DNA of 64,000 nt. Origin: an uncultured Gemmataceae bacterium (GTDB lineage Bacteria > Planctomycetota > Planctomycetia > Gemmatales > Gemmataceae). The stretch lies in NCBI GenBank assembly GCA_963750165.1, contig CAVVPN010000011.1:416001-480000 (forward strand), written 5' to 3'. A model generated the notes under the pieces. That model did not search any database, was not told where the DNA came from, and saw only the letters and a list, made by a program, of their open reading frames with translations. Position numbers and translations under genes: made by a program. How positions within the stretch are numbered: the first letter of the stretch is position 1; each line of letters starts with the position of its first letter. Below, one piece after another: positions 63,632 to 64,000 of this stretch.

Positions 63632-64000
63632 TCAGAACGGGAAGTGCGGCATACGCGGTTCGCGGTGGATATCGGACGGCCGGCACTCCATGGTGTCCAC
63701 GTTCGCCGGGCCGCTGGGATCCTGGACGAGCGACATCAGGCGCTGCCAGAACGACATCTGGCTCTCGCCGCAGCCGCGCCGCGGCTTGCGCGTGGGCTTC
63801 GCCTCGGGCGCCGGTGCCGGCGTTGGCACGGGCGTCGTCACCGGCGGCGTGTAAACCGGCGGCGTGTAGGCGTGCGGATAGGGGCAGCCCGAGTAGGGGC
63901 AGCCGTGGTAGTGATAGCGGTGGTAGTCCGGGTCGCGCATCGGCATCTCTTCCGTCGCCTCCTCGCTGGCGGGCATCGGCTCGCTCTCGGTCATCGGCTG
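63632..64000 (-). CDS. C-terminal part of Pro-rich hypothetical protein (partial)
   Basis: Open frame to the window edge, ends VDTMECRPSD...PHFPF. Confidence 0.6.
   Translation of the reverse strand, partial: QPMTESEPMPASEEATEEMPMRDPDYHRYHYHGCPYSGCPYPHAYTPPVYTPPVTTPVPTPAPAPEAKPTRKPRRGCGESQMSFWQRLMSLVQDPSGPANVDTMECRPSDIHREPRMPHFPF

Overview
GC-rich window from a planctomycete, most likely Gemmataceae-like (inferred from DUF1592/DUF1552, DUF1559, TIGR02996-LRR and PmoA-like families). Housekeeping genes: trxB, dnaK, pheA, aroF, hisF, pilT and tRNA-Ile2(CAT). Main observations: (1) a compact minus-strand operon at 29.2-33.2 kb encoding a JAB protease, a 60-aa peptide with no C-terminal Gly, an E2-like protein, a ThiF/E1 enzyme and a 411-aa unknown protein, i.e. 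a candidate non-canonical ubiquitin-like conjugation system; (2) two integrase-less integron-like cassette arrays (0-3.3 kb and 39.6-43.7 kb) that share one attC family, the second headed by a duplicated attI-like site and a promoter, and both followed by the same ~185-bp element; (3) many palindromic repeat families, two of them inserted in frame in hisF and in an ArnT-like gene; (4) a sigma54-type promoter upstream of dnaK. Many genes, including dnaK and pheA, carry single-base frameshifts that are probably long-read errors. All family assignments come from motif recognition by eye, not from database searches.
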